64,000 bases of DNA, taken from the NCBI RefSeq assembly GCF_949292005.1, contig NZ_CASEXV010000025.1, forward strand, positions 51,186 to 115,185, read 5' to 3'. Below, one piece after another: positions 30,056-39,782 of the stretch. The notes below the pieces were generated by a model. It was not told the origin of the DNA, ran no database searches, and worked only from the letters and a program-made list of their open reading frames with translations. The DNA is from an uncultured Bifidobacterium sp. Its GTDB lineage: Bacteria; Actinomycetota; Actinomycetes; Actinomycetales; Bifidobacteriaceae. A program made the translations under genes and the position numbers. The stretch's first letter is position 1, and every line of letters starts with the position of its first letter.

Positions 30056-30584
30056 GAGGCACACCATAGAACAAGCGTCGAACCCTTGGACGCATTCCCT
30101 CCGCAGAATCTCTGTGTCGGGTTTCGACACGCCGATGTCCGACGTGGTGTTACTCTGAAAAGCATGTTCCATCTTTCATGTTGTTGTCGTTGACCGACGC
30201 CTTCGGGCGAACGGCAGGCAACGCATAATTGGAGATGGATTTCAGCTGGTTCTCAGCGCTGGTCAATTGACTATCACGTCCACGCGCATCACAGACGGAT
30301 CGCAGGCGCATCACAAGATTCGATTGGACGCATGGCGGAATCGTCGGAAGAGATGCCCACAGGGCATGATGAGCGCAAGACGCGATGAGCATGATGTCGG
30401 CGGCGATCTGCCGGAGATCGTAGGTGGTCATCGGTTCGGCGGCGGAATTCCACGGGATGTGATCACATCTTCCCTCCTCATTTCATGATTGCCTCCGTGG
30501 CCCGGACGCATGGTTGTCGCACTTCTCGCACCGACCTCATCCCAACCGCCACCGTCCATCGCAATCATCAGAAATCGAGCGATT

Positions 30585-31595
30585 ATGAGCATCCATCAAT
30601 CAATGACCGAACTAATAGGGAACACCCCTCTCGTGGCCCTTCACCACGTCACGGACGATGTTCGAGCGACCATCGCCGTGAAGGTCGAATACCTCAATCC
30701 CGGAGGATCCTCCAAGGACCGCATAGCCGAACGCATCATATCCGCCGCGGAGGAGTCGGGGCAGCTCACGCCCGGAGGGGTGATCGTCGAGCCGACCAGC
30801 GGCAACACGGGCGTGGGGCTGGCGTTGGTGGCGCAGCAGCGGGGATATCGCACGGTGTTCGTCCTTCCGGACAAGGTATCGGAGTCCAAAAGGGCGGTCC
30901 TGCGCGCGTATGGCGCCGAGGTGGTGGTCACTCCCACCGACGTCGAACCCGACGACCCCCGTTCCTACTACAGCGTCTCGGACCGTCTGGCCGCGTCCAT
31001 CCCGGGCGCCTTCAAACCCAACCAATACGCGAATCCCAACGGCCCATTGAGCCACTACCAGACCACCGGTCCGGAGATCTGGCGGGACACCGAAGGGAAG
31101 ATCACGCATCTCGTGGCAGGCATTGGAACCGGAGGGACCATATCCGGCACGGGTCGGTTTCTCAAGGAGGCATCCGATGGACGGGTCGTCGTGGTGGGCG
31201 CCGATCCCGAGGGGTCCATCTACTCCGATCCTAGCGACGTGCATCAGTACGACATCGAGGGCGTGGGCGAGGACTTCTACCCCCAGGCGTTCGACAGAAC
31301 CATCACCGACGACATCGTCCGGGTTTCGGACGCAGATGCCTTCGAGATGACACGCAGGCTCGCGTCTGAGGAGGGGCTGCTCGTCGGCGGCTCGTCCGGT
31401 ATGGCGGTATCCGCCGCGATCGCGTATGCGCGGCGGCACGATCTTGACGAGAACGAGCTTGTGGTGGTGGTTCTTCCGGACTCGGGACGCGGATACCTTG
31501 AGAAGATCTTCGACGACGAATGGATGAGGTCGCATGGGTACGGATCCGTGGTCGACCGGACCACGCGGCCGTCGATCGCCGCGGCGCATCTGTGA
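30585..31595 (+). CDS. cbs: Cystathionine beta-synthase / cysteine synthase family PLP enzyme
   Basis: KVEYLNPGGSSKDR, EPTSGNTG, GIGTGGT, IEGVG, EGLLVGGSSG, LPDSGRGY. Confidence 0.88.
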   Translation: MSIHQSMTELIGNTPLVALHHVTDDVRATIAVKVEYLNPGGSSKDRIAERIISAAEESGQLTPGGVIVEPTSGNTGVGLALVAQQRGYRTVFVLPDKVSESKRAVLRAYGAEVVVTPTDVEPDDPRSYYSVSDRLAASIPGAFKPNQYANPNGPLSHYQTTGPEIWRDTEGKITHLVAGIGTGGTISGTGRFLKEASDGRVVVVGADPEGSIYSDPSDVHQYDIEGVGEDFYPQAFDRTITDDIVRVSDADAFEMTRRLASEEGLLVGGSSGMAVSAAIAYARRHDLDENELVVVVLPDSGRGYLEKIFDDEWMRSHGYGSVVDRTTRPSIAAAHL

Positions 31596-31685
31596 CGCAT
31601 CCCACCACCCGATCCACACACATCAATCATCATCGTGCCGCGCTCCATCGGGGAGCATCGCGGCCATACCGAAAGGACCATCATC

Positions 31686-32882
31686 ATGACAACCGACAAA
31701 ACCTCCAAGACATCAGTCCCCGATCTCTCCGCGGCGGGCCTTGCGACACGGGCCATCCATGCGGGTCAGGAGCCTGACGCGGCCACCGGAGCCGTCGTCC
31801 CGCCCATCTACATGACATCGACGTTCAAACAGGACGGAGTCGGAGGCCTGCGGGGCGGATACGACTACAGCCGGTCGGTGAACCCCACCCGCGACGTCTT
31901 CGACACCCAGCTCGCCTCCATCGAGGGCGCCCGCCACGCGATCGCGTTCTCATCGGGACTGGCGGCCATAGACGTGCTTCTGCGCTCAACCCTGAAACCC
32001 GGCGACCGGATCCTTCTTGGCAACGACGTCTACGGCGGCACGTACAGGCTTCTCTCGCAGGTGTTCGTCCCCTGGGGCGTCGGTCTTGGCGTCGTCGACA
32101 TGACGGATCTCGAGGCCATCTCCCACGCGCTGGAATCCACCGCGTATTCGTATGTGTGGGTGGAGACTCCCAGCAATCCGCTGTTGGGGATCACCGACAT
32201 CGCGGCCACGTCGGAGGTCGCCCATAACCATGGCGCCAAAGTCGTGGTCGACAACACCTTCGCGTCCCCGGTGCTTCAGCATCCTCTGGATGAGGGGGCT
32301 GACGTCGTCGTGTATTCGACGACCAAATACATAGGTGGCCATTCCGATGTCGTCGGCGGGGCCGTCGTGCTCAACGACGACGCGACCAAGGATCGTGTGG
32401 CGTTCCTGCAGAACGCGGCCGGGGCGGTTCCGTCACCCTTCGACTCGTGGCTCGACATCCGTGGTCTGAAGACACTCGAACTGCGTGTGCGCCGGCACAG
32501 CGAGAACGCTCTGGCCGTCGCGCAATGGCTGGAATCGCGTCCCGAGGTGGAGCGCGTGTGGTATCCGGGGTTGGAATCGCATCCGGGCCACGCCATCGCC
32601 GCGCGGCAAATGCATGGCGGATTCGGGGGCATGGTGTCCATTCAGCTGGCGGGCGGCGGGGATGCCGCCAGGGACTTCGCGGGAGCCACGAGGATCTTCA
32701 CGCTCGCCGAATCACTGGGAGGGGTGGAGTCGCTGATCGAGCTTCCCGCCGCGATGACCCACGCATCCGTGTCGGGGACCACGCTGGAGGTGCCGGCTAA
32801 TCTCGTGCGTCTGTCCGTTGGAGTCGAGACGGTCGACGATCTGATCGCCGATCTTGGCGACGCCTTCGCCCACATCGACTGA
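31686..32882 (+). CDS. metB: Cystathionine gamma-lyase/gamma-synthase
   Basis: YDYSRSVNPT, FSSGLAA, VETPSNP, VVDNTF, STTKYIGGHSD, AESLGGVESL. Confidence 0.88.
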   Translation: MTTDKTSKTSVPDLSAAGLATRAIHAGQEPDAATGAVVPPIYMTSTFKQDGVGGLRGGYDYSRSVNPTRDVFDTQLASIEGARHAIAFSSGLAAIDVLLRSTLKPGDRILLGNDVYGGTYRLLSQVFVPWGVGLGVVDMTDLEAISHALESTAYSYVWVETPSNPLLGITDIAATSEVAHNHGAKVVVDNTFASPVLQHPLDEGADVVVYSTTKYIGGHSDVVGGAVVLNDDATKDRVAFLQNAAGAVPSPFDSWLDIRGLKTLELRVRRHSENALAVAQWLESRPEVERVWYPGLESHPGHAIAARQMHGGFGGMVSIQLAGGGDAARDFAGATRIFTLAESLGGVESLIELPAAMTHASVSGTTLEVPANLVRLSVGVETVDDLIADLGDAFAHID

Positions 32883-32922
32883 CGGCGGGACATTGAACGC
32901 ACGGTCGTCTAATCTCGCCAGT

Positions 32923-34821
32923 ATGGGTGATTCGAGAGGCAGGGTGCTCGCGGTGCTGCGCCGGTACTGCGGATATGACTCCTTCAGGCCGGGACAGGCG
33001 GATCTGGTCGACGCCATCCTTTCGGGACGCGATGTTCTGGGGGTCATGCCCACCGGAGCTGGGAAATCCGTCTGCTACCAGGTTCCTGCCGTGATTCTGC
33101 CGGGATTGACGATTGTGGTCTCGCCTCTGGTATCGCTGATGCGCGATCAGGTCGACGCATTGAACGATTCGGGAATCGCGGCGGCCTTCGTCAACGGCAC
33201 GCAGGACGCCGCGGCGCAGTCGTTGGTTCTCGACCGCGCGTCGGCGGGATCCCTGAGAATGCTTTATGTGGCGCCTGAGAGGTTGGAGACTCCTCGGTTC
33301 CGCGAGTTCGCCTCATGCCATGACATCTCGATGGTTGCCGTGGATGAGGCCCACTGCATTTCCCAGTGGGGGCAGGACTTCCGCTCCGCATATCTGGGCA
33401 TCGCCGATTTTCTGTCGTGTCTGTCACGGCGTCCCGTGGTCGCCGCTTTCACCGCCACGGCCACGGAACGTGTCCGAAGGGACATCATTGGTCTCCTGCG
33501 GCTGGACGATCCCATGGTGACGGTCACGGGATTCGACCGTCCCAATCTGTTCTTCGACGTCATCCCCGCGTCGGCCAAGGCCAAAAAAGAGTGGATGGCC
33601 CGGTACATCGGAAACCATCCCGGGGAATCGGGAATAGTGTACTGCTCGACGCGGCGGCAGACCGAGGACGTGGCGGCCATGCTCATCCATCGGGGGATCG
33701 GGGCGGTCGCCTATCATGCGGGAATGGACGCCGGAGAAAGGGAACGGGCCCAACGCCGTTTCATCACGGACGAGGTCGATGTCGCGGTCGCCACGAACGC
33801 CTTCGGAATGGGCATCGACAAATCGAATGTGCGTTACGTGATTCACCATAACCTTCCGGAGAGTCTTGAGGCGTACTACCAAGAGGCCGGACGAGCTGGC
33901 AGGGATGGCGAACCGGGCCGGTGCACGCTGCTGTGGAACGAGTCGGACATCGTCACGCGTCGTCGGCTTCTGGAATCGTCCGAGGACAACGACAGGCTCA
34001 GCCCCGAGAGCAGGGAACGGGTCGCGGCGTCGCGGCGTCGTCTGCTGGATTCGATGGTGGGATACTGTCGCACCACCCAGTGCCTCCACCGCTATATCAG
34101 GCGCTATTTCGACGATGGCGACCCGCACGTCGAGGGAGCTGATCGGAAGTGCGGGATGTGCGTCAACTGCACATCGACTCGGATGACGACGGATGTGACC
34201 GGCATCGCCGTCGCCATCAGCCGATGCGTCCACGATCTGGGACAGCGTTACGGCATGGGGCGGATTGCGGACGTGCTCCGCGGCTCAAAGGCGAGGGACG
34301 TGATCGACAGGGGATGGGATTCCCTTCCCAGCTATGGTGCGTTGTCGGAGGTGTCGTCCGCAAAGATCAGAGAAGTGGGATACCAGATGGCCTCGGAGGG
34401 ACTTCTGGCCATCTCCTCGGGGCGTCTTCCCGTCGTGGGGTTTGGACCTCAGGCGGTGAGAACCGTGGATCCCGCTTTCCATCTGGAGATGTCGCGGCTG
34501 GAGAGAAGACATGCCGCCGGTTCGGCGGCGGCGTCATCGGGGGGCGGAGCGTCGTCCGGCGACGTCGATGAGGGACTGGTCGAAAGGCTTCGGGCGCTCC
34601 GCCGGTCGCTGGCGGCCGAGGCATCGCTGCCGCCCTATATGGTTTTCTCGGACCGCACCCTGCGTGATATGGCCCATATCAGACCGGTGACGGACTCCCA
34701 GTTCCTCGCGGTATCCGGGGTGGGGGAGACGAAGCTTGCGCGGTATGGACCGCGCTTCATGCGGCTGATCCGGGACTATGGGACGGGCCATCGCACTGAA
34801 GTTGGTGGCGGGGACAGGTGA
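32923..34821 (+). CDS. recQ: ATP-dependent DNA helicase RecQ
   Basis: MPTGAGKS, DEAHC, YYQEAGRAGRDG, zinc-binding Cys cluster, RQC and HRDC domains. Confidence 0.95.
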   Translation: MGDSRGRVLAVLRRYCGYDSFRPGQADLVDAILSGRDVLGVMPTGAGKSVCYQVPAVILPGLTIVVSPLVSLMRDQVDALNDSGIAAAFVNGTQDAAAQSLVLDRASAGSLRMLYVAPERLETPRFREFASCHDISMVAVDEAHCISQWGQDFRSAYLGIADFLSCLSRRPVVAAFTATATERVRRDIIGLLRLDDPMVTVTGFDRPNLFFDVIPASAKAKKEWMARYIGNHPGESGIVYCSTRRQTEDVAAMLIHRGIGAVAYHAGMDAGERERAQRRFITDEVDVAVATNAFGMGIDKSNVRYVIHHNLPESLEAYYQEAGRAGRDGEPGRCTLLWNESDIVTRRRLLESSEDNDRLSPESRERVAASRRRLLDSMVGYCRTTQCLHRYIRRYFDDGDPHVEGADRKCGMCVNCTSTRMTTDVTGIAVAISRCVHDLGQRYGMGRIADVLRGSKARDVIDRGWDSLPSYGALSEVSSAKIREVGYQMASEGLLAISSGRLPVVGFGPQAVRTVDPAFHLEMSRLERRHAAGSAAASSGGGASSGDVDEGLVERLRALRRSLAAEASLPPYMVFSDRTLRDMAHIRPVTDSQFLAVSGVGETKLARYGPRFMRLIRDYGTGHRTEVGGGDR

Positions 34822-34901
34822 TGTGGCAACAGCTGTGTGGCACCAAGCAATTCGGCGCAGACAATGACGTGGAACAATAGGCACAGGACTAAGGAGAAAC
34901 C

Positions 34902-35414
34902 ATGAACAACAATCACGATAATGCGCAGAAGAATGAAAGCGCTCCCGTGGTCGAGAGCTTCCAGCTGGACCACACCAAGGTCAAGGCACCATACGTGCGT
35001 TTCATCGACACGGAGAAGGGGCCGCATGGTGATGTCGTCTCGAACTATGACCTGCGTCTTGTTCAGCCGAACGAGAACGCGATCCCCACGGCGGCGCTTC
35101 ATACGATCGAGCACACTCTGGCCGTGCAGATGCGCAGGCGCGTAAACGGATACATCGACTGCTCGCCGTTTGGATGCCGTACCGGATTCCATCTGCTCAC
35201 CTGGGGGGAGCACAGCACGGTCGAAATCGCCAAGGCGCTCAAAGAGTCACTGGAGTTCATCGCGTATCAGGCCACGTGGGACGATGTTCCCGCGACGACC
35301 ATCGAAAGCTGCGGTAATTACCGTGACCACAGTCTTTTCGGCGCCAGACAGTGGAGTAGGGACATCCTGGAAGAGGGCATCAGCTCCGATCCGTTCGAGA
35401 GAAAGGTTGTGTGA
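34902..35414 (+). CDS. luxS: S-ribosylhomocysteine lyase
   Basis: [38 protein letters not shown]. Confidence 0.97.
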   Translation: MNNNHDNAQKNESAPVVESFQLDHTKVKAPYVRFIDTEKGPHGDVVSNYDLRLVQPNENAIPTAALHTIEHTLAVQMRRRVNGYIDCSPFGCRTGFHLLTWGEHSTVEIAKALKESLEFIAYQATWDDVPATTIESCGNYRDHSLFGARQWSRDILEEGISSDPFERKVV

Positions 35415-35491
35415 GCGCGTCGTATCCGACGTGGTATTCTTGCGCCCGGCGTGAATCATGAACGAGGGATGATCCGGCGGGAGGCGCGGGT

Positions 35492-36136
35492 ATGACCATG
35501 GTGAGTGATGATGGGTTGTCCGTTGTCGACACGACGATTCCCGATGTCACAACGGCCGACGCCCCTCCCTCCGGAGCGTCCTCTTCCGGAGTGTTTCTTC
35601 GCAGGGCGATGCGAGCTGACCTTCCGCGCATGATGGACGTTTATGTGCGCGCCCGCAAGGTGATGATGGAGGTTGGCAATCCCACGCAATGGGGAACCCG
35701 GTATCCGCTTGCCGAGGTGGTGGCCGAGGATGTCAGACGCGGCCGAGCGCTGCTGCTGGTCGAGGGCGTCGACGGGGAGGGCGGCTCCGGACCGGAGGGG
35801 GTTCATGACCGTATTCTCGCCCAGTTCGCGATCTGTGCGGGATCCGATCCGTCGTACACGTCGATTGACGGCGCTTGGATCGACGACGATCCCTACGTCA
35901 CCATCCATCGCCTCGCATCGTCGGGGATCAGGCATGGCTCGGCCCGGCACTGTCTGATGTGGGCGGTGCGGCGGTATGGGAACGTGCGTGTGGACACCCA
36001 TCGAAACAATGGCCCGATGCTTCATGTCCTTGCAGAGTCGGGCTTCACCCGATGCGGTGTCATCACGACGGTCGGAGGCAGAAGGGATCCACGCCGTGTG
36101 GCGTTTCAGCGGCATGACGCCATCATCGTTGTGTGA
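35492..36136 (+). CDS. GNAT-family acetyltransferase
   Basis: GNPTQW-x3-YP, DPSY, IHRLAS, VRVDTHRNNGPM, GFTRCG. Confidence 0.8.
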   Translation: MTMVSDDGLSVVDTTIPDVTTADAPPSGASSSGVFLRRAMRADLPRMMDVYVRARKVMMEVGNPTQWGTRYPLAEVVAEDVRRGRALLLVEGVDGEGGSGPEGVHDRILAQFAICAGSDPSYTSIDGAWIDDDPYVTIHRLASSGIRHGSARHCLMWAVRRYGNVRVDTHRNNGPMLHVLAESGFTRCGVITTVGGRRDPRRVAFQRHDAIIVV

Positions 36137-36190
36137 GACTTTTCTGGTGAGTCCTTGCCCGCGCGTGATCGTTTCTACGAAGACTCGTTT

Positions 36191-37684
36191 CTACGCAAGC
36201 TCCGGTTTGAGGATGGGGCCGTTCTCGTCGTGGCCGCTCCCGGGGGCCTCCGGCGTTGTGGTCGTGTTCGCGGGATCAAGTTTTGAGCGCTTCCTGCTGT
36301 ATGCGAAGTACACAAGCATTCCCAGGGCGAACCAGACGACGAACCGTACCCAGGTCTCCCAATTGAGGCCGGCGATGAGAACCAGACAGAAGGCGATGGA
36401 GAGGATGGGGGTGAAGGGCACACCCGGCGCGCGGAATCCACGATGGGCGTCCGGCTGCGTCCGCCGCATGCGCATCACACCCGCCGAGACGATGATGAAG
36501 GCCGTCAGCGTGCCGATATTGACCAGCTCGAAGAGGACGTTGATGTTGATGAATCCTCCGGCCAGCGCGGTGAGGATGCCAAAGAACCAGGTGCCTTTGA
36601 ACGGTGTGCGGTACTTCGGGTTCACCTCGCCGAAGAATTTGGGGAACAGCCCGTCGCGGCTCATCGCGTAGCAGATGCGCGACTGTCCGTAAAGCTGGAC
36701 GAGCATCACCGTCGTCATGCCGAGAAGCGCCCCGAGATTCACGACCACGGCGAGCCAGTTCAATCCGGTGGCGAGGATGACGCCGGCGACCGGAGCGTTG
36801 ATGAAGTTGGCGAACTGCTTGTAGGGAACCACGCCCGTCATGATGAGTGTCATGATCACGTAGAGGACGGTGGAGATTCCCAAGGAATACAGAATCCCAC
36901 GCGGAAGCGTGCGGTTGGGGTCGATGGTCTCCTCGGCGGACGACGAGACGGCATCGAAACCGATGAAGCTGAAGAACACGATGGACGCCGCGGGCAGGAT
37001 TCCCATAGGTTGGGTCGATCCCGGCTGGAAGGAGTACAGGCCGTAAGGTGAGAAGGGCTTCCAATTCGAGGGATTCACGTACCAGATGACGCACACGATG
37101 AACAGGGCGATGATCGCGAGTTTGATGATCACCATCACATCGTTGGTGCGCTTCGTCTGGTTGATGCCAATGGACAGGATCCAGGTGATCAGGAGCACGA
37201 TGACGAATCCCGGAAGGTTGAAGTACGTCGTGACGCCCTCGGTGGTTCCCCAGGCGGCGGTCAGTTCGACGGGAAGGTGCAGGCCGAACCCGTCAAGAAG
37301 TTTGGTGAAATACCCCGACCATCCCGCCGATACCGTGGCGGCCTGAAGCGCGTATTCGAGGATGAGGTCCCATCCGATGATGAAGGCGATGATCTCGCCG
37401 AACGCGAGGTACGCGTAGGAATATGCGGATCCCGACACCGGGGCCATGGATGCGAACTCCGCATAGCACAGACCCGCGAAGCCACAGCAGATCGCGGCCA
37501 GAATGAAGGAGACGCTGATGGCGGGGCCCGCGGTGAGCGCGCCTTTGCCCGTCAGCACGAATATTCCCGTGCCGATGATCGCGCCGATGCCGAGCATCGT
37601 CAGATCGAAGGTTGCCAGAGTCCGGCGTAGTGGTGTGGATTCTTGGACCAGTTGGTCCACGGTCTTCTTGCGCAGCAGGTTCAT
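36191..37684 (-). CDS. APC-family amino acid permease
   Basis: GIGAIIGTGIF, CYAEFAS-x-x-PVSGSAY, FIGFDAV, about 12 TM segments. Confidence 0.93.
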   Translation of the reverse strand: MNLLRKKTVDQLVQESTPLRRTLATFDLTMLGIGAIIGTGIFVLTGKGALTAGPAISVSFILAAICCGFAGLCYAEFASMAPVSGSAYSYAYLAFGEIIAFIIGWDLILEYALQAATVSAGWSGYFTKLLDGFGLHLPVELTAAWGTTEGVTTYFNLPGFVIVLLITWILSIGINQTKRTNDVMVIIKLAIIALFIVCVIWYVNPSNWKPFSPYGLYSFQPGSTQPMGILPAASIVFFSFIGFDAVSSSAEETIDPNRTLPRGILYSLGISTVLYVIMTLIMTGVVPYKQFANFINAPVAGVILATGLNWLAVVVNLGALLGMTTVMLVQLYGQSRICYAMSRDGLFPKFFGEVNPKYRTPFKGTWFFGILTALAGGFININVLFELVNIGTLTAFIIVSAGVMRMRRTQPDAHRGFRAPGVPFTPILSIAFCLVLIAGLNWETWVRFVVWFALGMLVYFAYSRKRSKLDPANTTTTPEAPGSGHDENGPILKPELA

Positions 37685-37822
37685 GGTGCCCTTCGATGTT
37701 CAATGGTGGAATGGCATGCGGATGCCCAACGTCGAGACGCATCGCGTGCGTGCCACATCATAGTGGGTCATGAACCGCAACGCCGCTATATGGTCGTCAT
37801 GCAGACGCGCGACAATGGTCGT

Positions 37823-39181
37823 ATGGCATCTCTATCGGGTTTCGAACCGGATTTCTCCTCACCACAGGGGCGTGAGCGCTACGACGAGGCGTTGCGGTCC
37901 TATCCAGGGCAGGCGATCGTCGATCTTCGGACGATGCGTGACAATATGCGCCGTCTGGTCGATCTGTGCGGCGGCGATGGTGGGCACGCCGATGTGATGG
38001 GCGTGGTCAAAGCGGACGCGTACGGGCATGGATTGATCCCCTCGGCGTTGGCCGCGCTCGCCGGCGGCGCCACCTGGCTGGGAACCGCGCAGTCGCATGA
38101 GGCGCTGCTTCTTCGGCGCGCGGGCATAGGCCCGGACCGCTGCCGTGTTCTCACCTGGGTCTACAACGGCCGCCGGGCGCCTTTCGCCGAACTCATCATG
38201 AACGACATCGACATCTCGGTCGGGTCGTTGGATAGCGTGGATGCCGTGGGCGCCGCCGCCCGGAGAACGGGCCGCCGGGCGCGTGTCCACGTCAAGGTAG
38301 ACACGGGCTTCGGACGTAACGGATTCACCCCCCAGGCCTTCGACGAGGCGCTTCGTCGGCTTCGGCTGCTGGTGGATGAGGGACTGGTCGAGGTCGTGGG
38401 ACAGTGGAGCCATCTTGCTGTGGCGGACAGTCCCGATGTTCCCGAGTTCGTGGCCTCCACTGATCGCCAGATCGCGTCGTTCCACGAGTTCACGCGGCGC
38501 ATGTCCCAGGCGGGAATGCCTCCCGTTGTGCGTCATCTGGCCAACACAGCGGGAACCCTGTCGCGTCCGGACATTCGATTCGAACTGACCCGGCCGGGAA
38601 TCGGGTTGTACGGCTACGAGCCCGATCCGGCTATGGGGGTGCCGTCGACGTACGGCCTGCGCCCCGCGATGAGACTCCAGGCCCAGCTGGCGACGGTCAA
38701 GAAGGTGGAGGCCGGTCACGGAATCTCCTACGGGCGAACGTATCTGACGCCCGACGCCACCAGCACCGCGATCGTCCCTCTGGGATACGCCGATGGCATC
38801 AACCGGGCGGCCTCCGGATTCGACATGCAGGGCGCGCGGCACATCGATAAGCCCGGAGGCCCTGTCCGTGTCCAGACCACAGCGGGACCTCGGATATTCC
38901 ACGTGTCGGGCCGCGTGTGCATGGACCAGTTCATCATCGACCTGCATGGCGATGCCGATGCCATGGGAGTCCATGAGGGCGACACCGTCCGGCTTTTCGG
39001 TCCGGGGCGGGGGGAGGCGTACGACGAGCCCACCGCCGACGATTGGGCCCGCGCGGGCGAAACTATCAGCTATACGGTGTTCACCTGTCTGAGCAACCGC
39101 ATTCCCAGACTGTATGAGCATGCCTATGAGGTCCTTTCGGATCGGGACATCGCCCTGCTGGATGAGGGGTCCCTGCTGTAG
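37823..39181 (+). CDS. alr: Alanine racemase
   Basis: VVKADAYGHG, HVKVDTGFGRNG, RPGIGLYG, GYADG, GRVCMDQ. Confidence 0.96.
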   Translation: MASLSGFEPDFSSPQGRERYDEALRSYPGQAIVDLRTMRDNMRRLVDLCGGDGGHADVMGVVKADAYGHGLIPSALAALAGGATWLGTAQSHEALLLRRAGIGPDRCRVLTWVYNGRRAPFAELIMNDIDISVGSLDSVDAVGAAARRTGRRARVHVKVDTGFGRNGFTPQAFDEALRRLRLLVDEGLVEVVGQWSHLAVADSPDVPEFVASTDRQIASFHEFTRRMSQAGMPPVVRHLANTAGTLSRPDIRFELTRPGIGLYGYEPDPAMGVPSTYGLRPAMRLQAQLATVKKVEAGHGISYGRTYLTPDATSTAIVPLGYADGINRAASGFDMQGARHIDKPGGPVRVQTTAGPRIFHVSGRVCMDQFIIDLHGDADAMGVHEGDTVRLFGPGRGEAYDEPTADDWARAGETISYTVFTCLSNRIPRLYEHAYEVLSDRDIALLDEGSLL

Positions 39182-39278
39182 GTGGCGCTTCCTTCCTGAG
39201 TATGTTCCCTATGCGTGCGTGGAAACGCTTGACGCGAAAAGACTTGCGCGTGGTGCTCGGTCGTGGTGTCATGGGCGC

Positions 39279-39737
39279 ATGACTACTTATCAGGGCCATG
39301 AGCCCAGCACCATCGCGTACACCGCCACCGCGCAGATCACAGGTGGCCGCAACGGCCATGCGGTCAGCCACGATCCCGACCTCTCCCTTGATCTGGACAC
39401 CCCGGTCGCGATGGGGGGGAAGGGCGAGGGCACGAACCCCGAGCAGCTTTTCGCCATCGGCTGGGGGGCGTGCTTCCAAGGTGCCCTGGGCCTGGCGGCC
39501 AAGGAGCTTCGCATGGCGGCCACGAAGCTTGCCACATCCAAGGTGCGCACCCACATCTCCTTGGGCGATGAGGGCGAGTCCTTCGGGATCAGCGCACGCA
39601 TCGAGGTCTATCTTCCCGATGTCGACAGGGATCTGGCCATCCGTCTTGTCGAGCGCACGCAGCAGCTGTGCCCCTATTCCAAAGCCACGGCGGGCAACGT
39701 CCCCACGAGGGTCGATGTTGTGGATTCCCTCGACTGA
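39279..39737 (+). CDS. ohr: Organic hydroperoxide resistance protein (Ohr/OsmC family)
   Basis: TGGRNG, GTNPEQLFAIGWGACF, CPYSKAT (both catalytic Cys and the Arg present). Confidence 0.92.
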   Translation: MTTYQGHEPSTIAYTATAQITGGRNGHAVSHDPDLSLDLDTPVAMGGKGEGTNPEQLFAIGWGACFQGALGLAAKELRMAATKLATSKVRTHISLGDEGESFGISARIEVYLPDVDRDLAIRLVERTQQLCPYSKATAGNVPTRVDVVDSLD

Positions 39738-39782
39738 TTTTGGATCGACGCATTGAAGCAGAACCGGCACCAGGATGATGGG

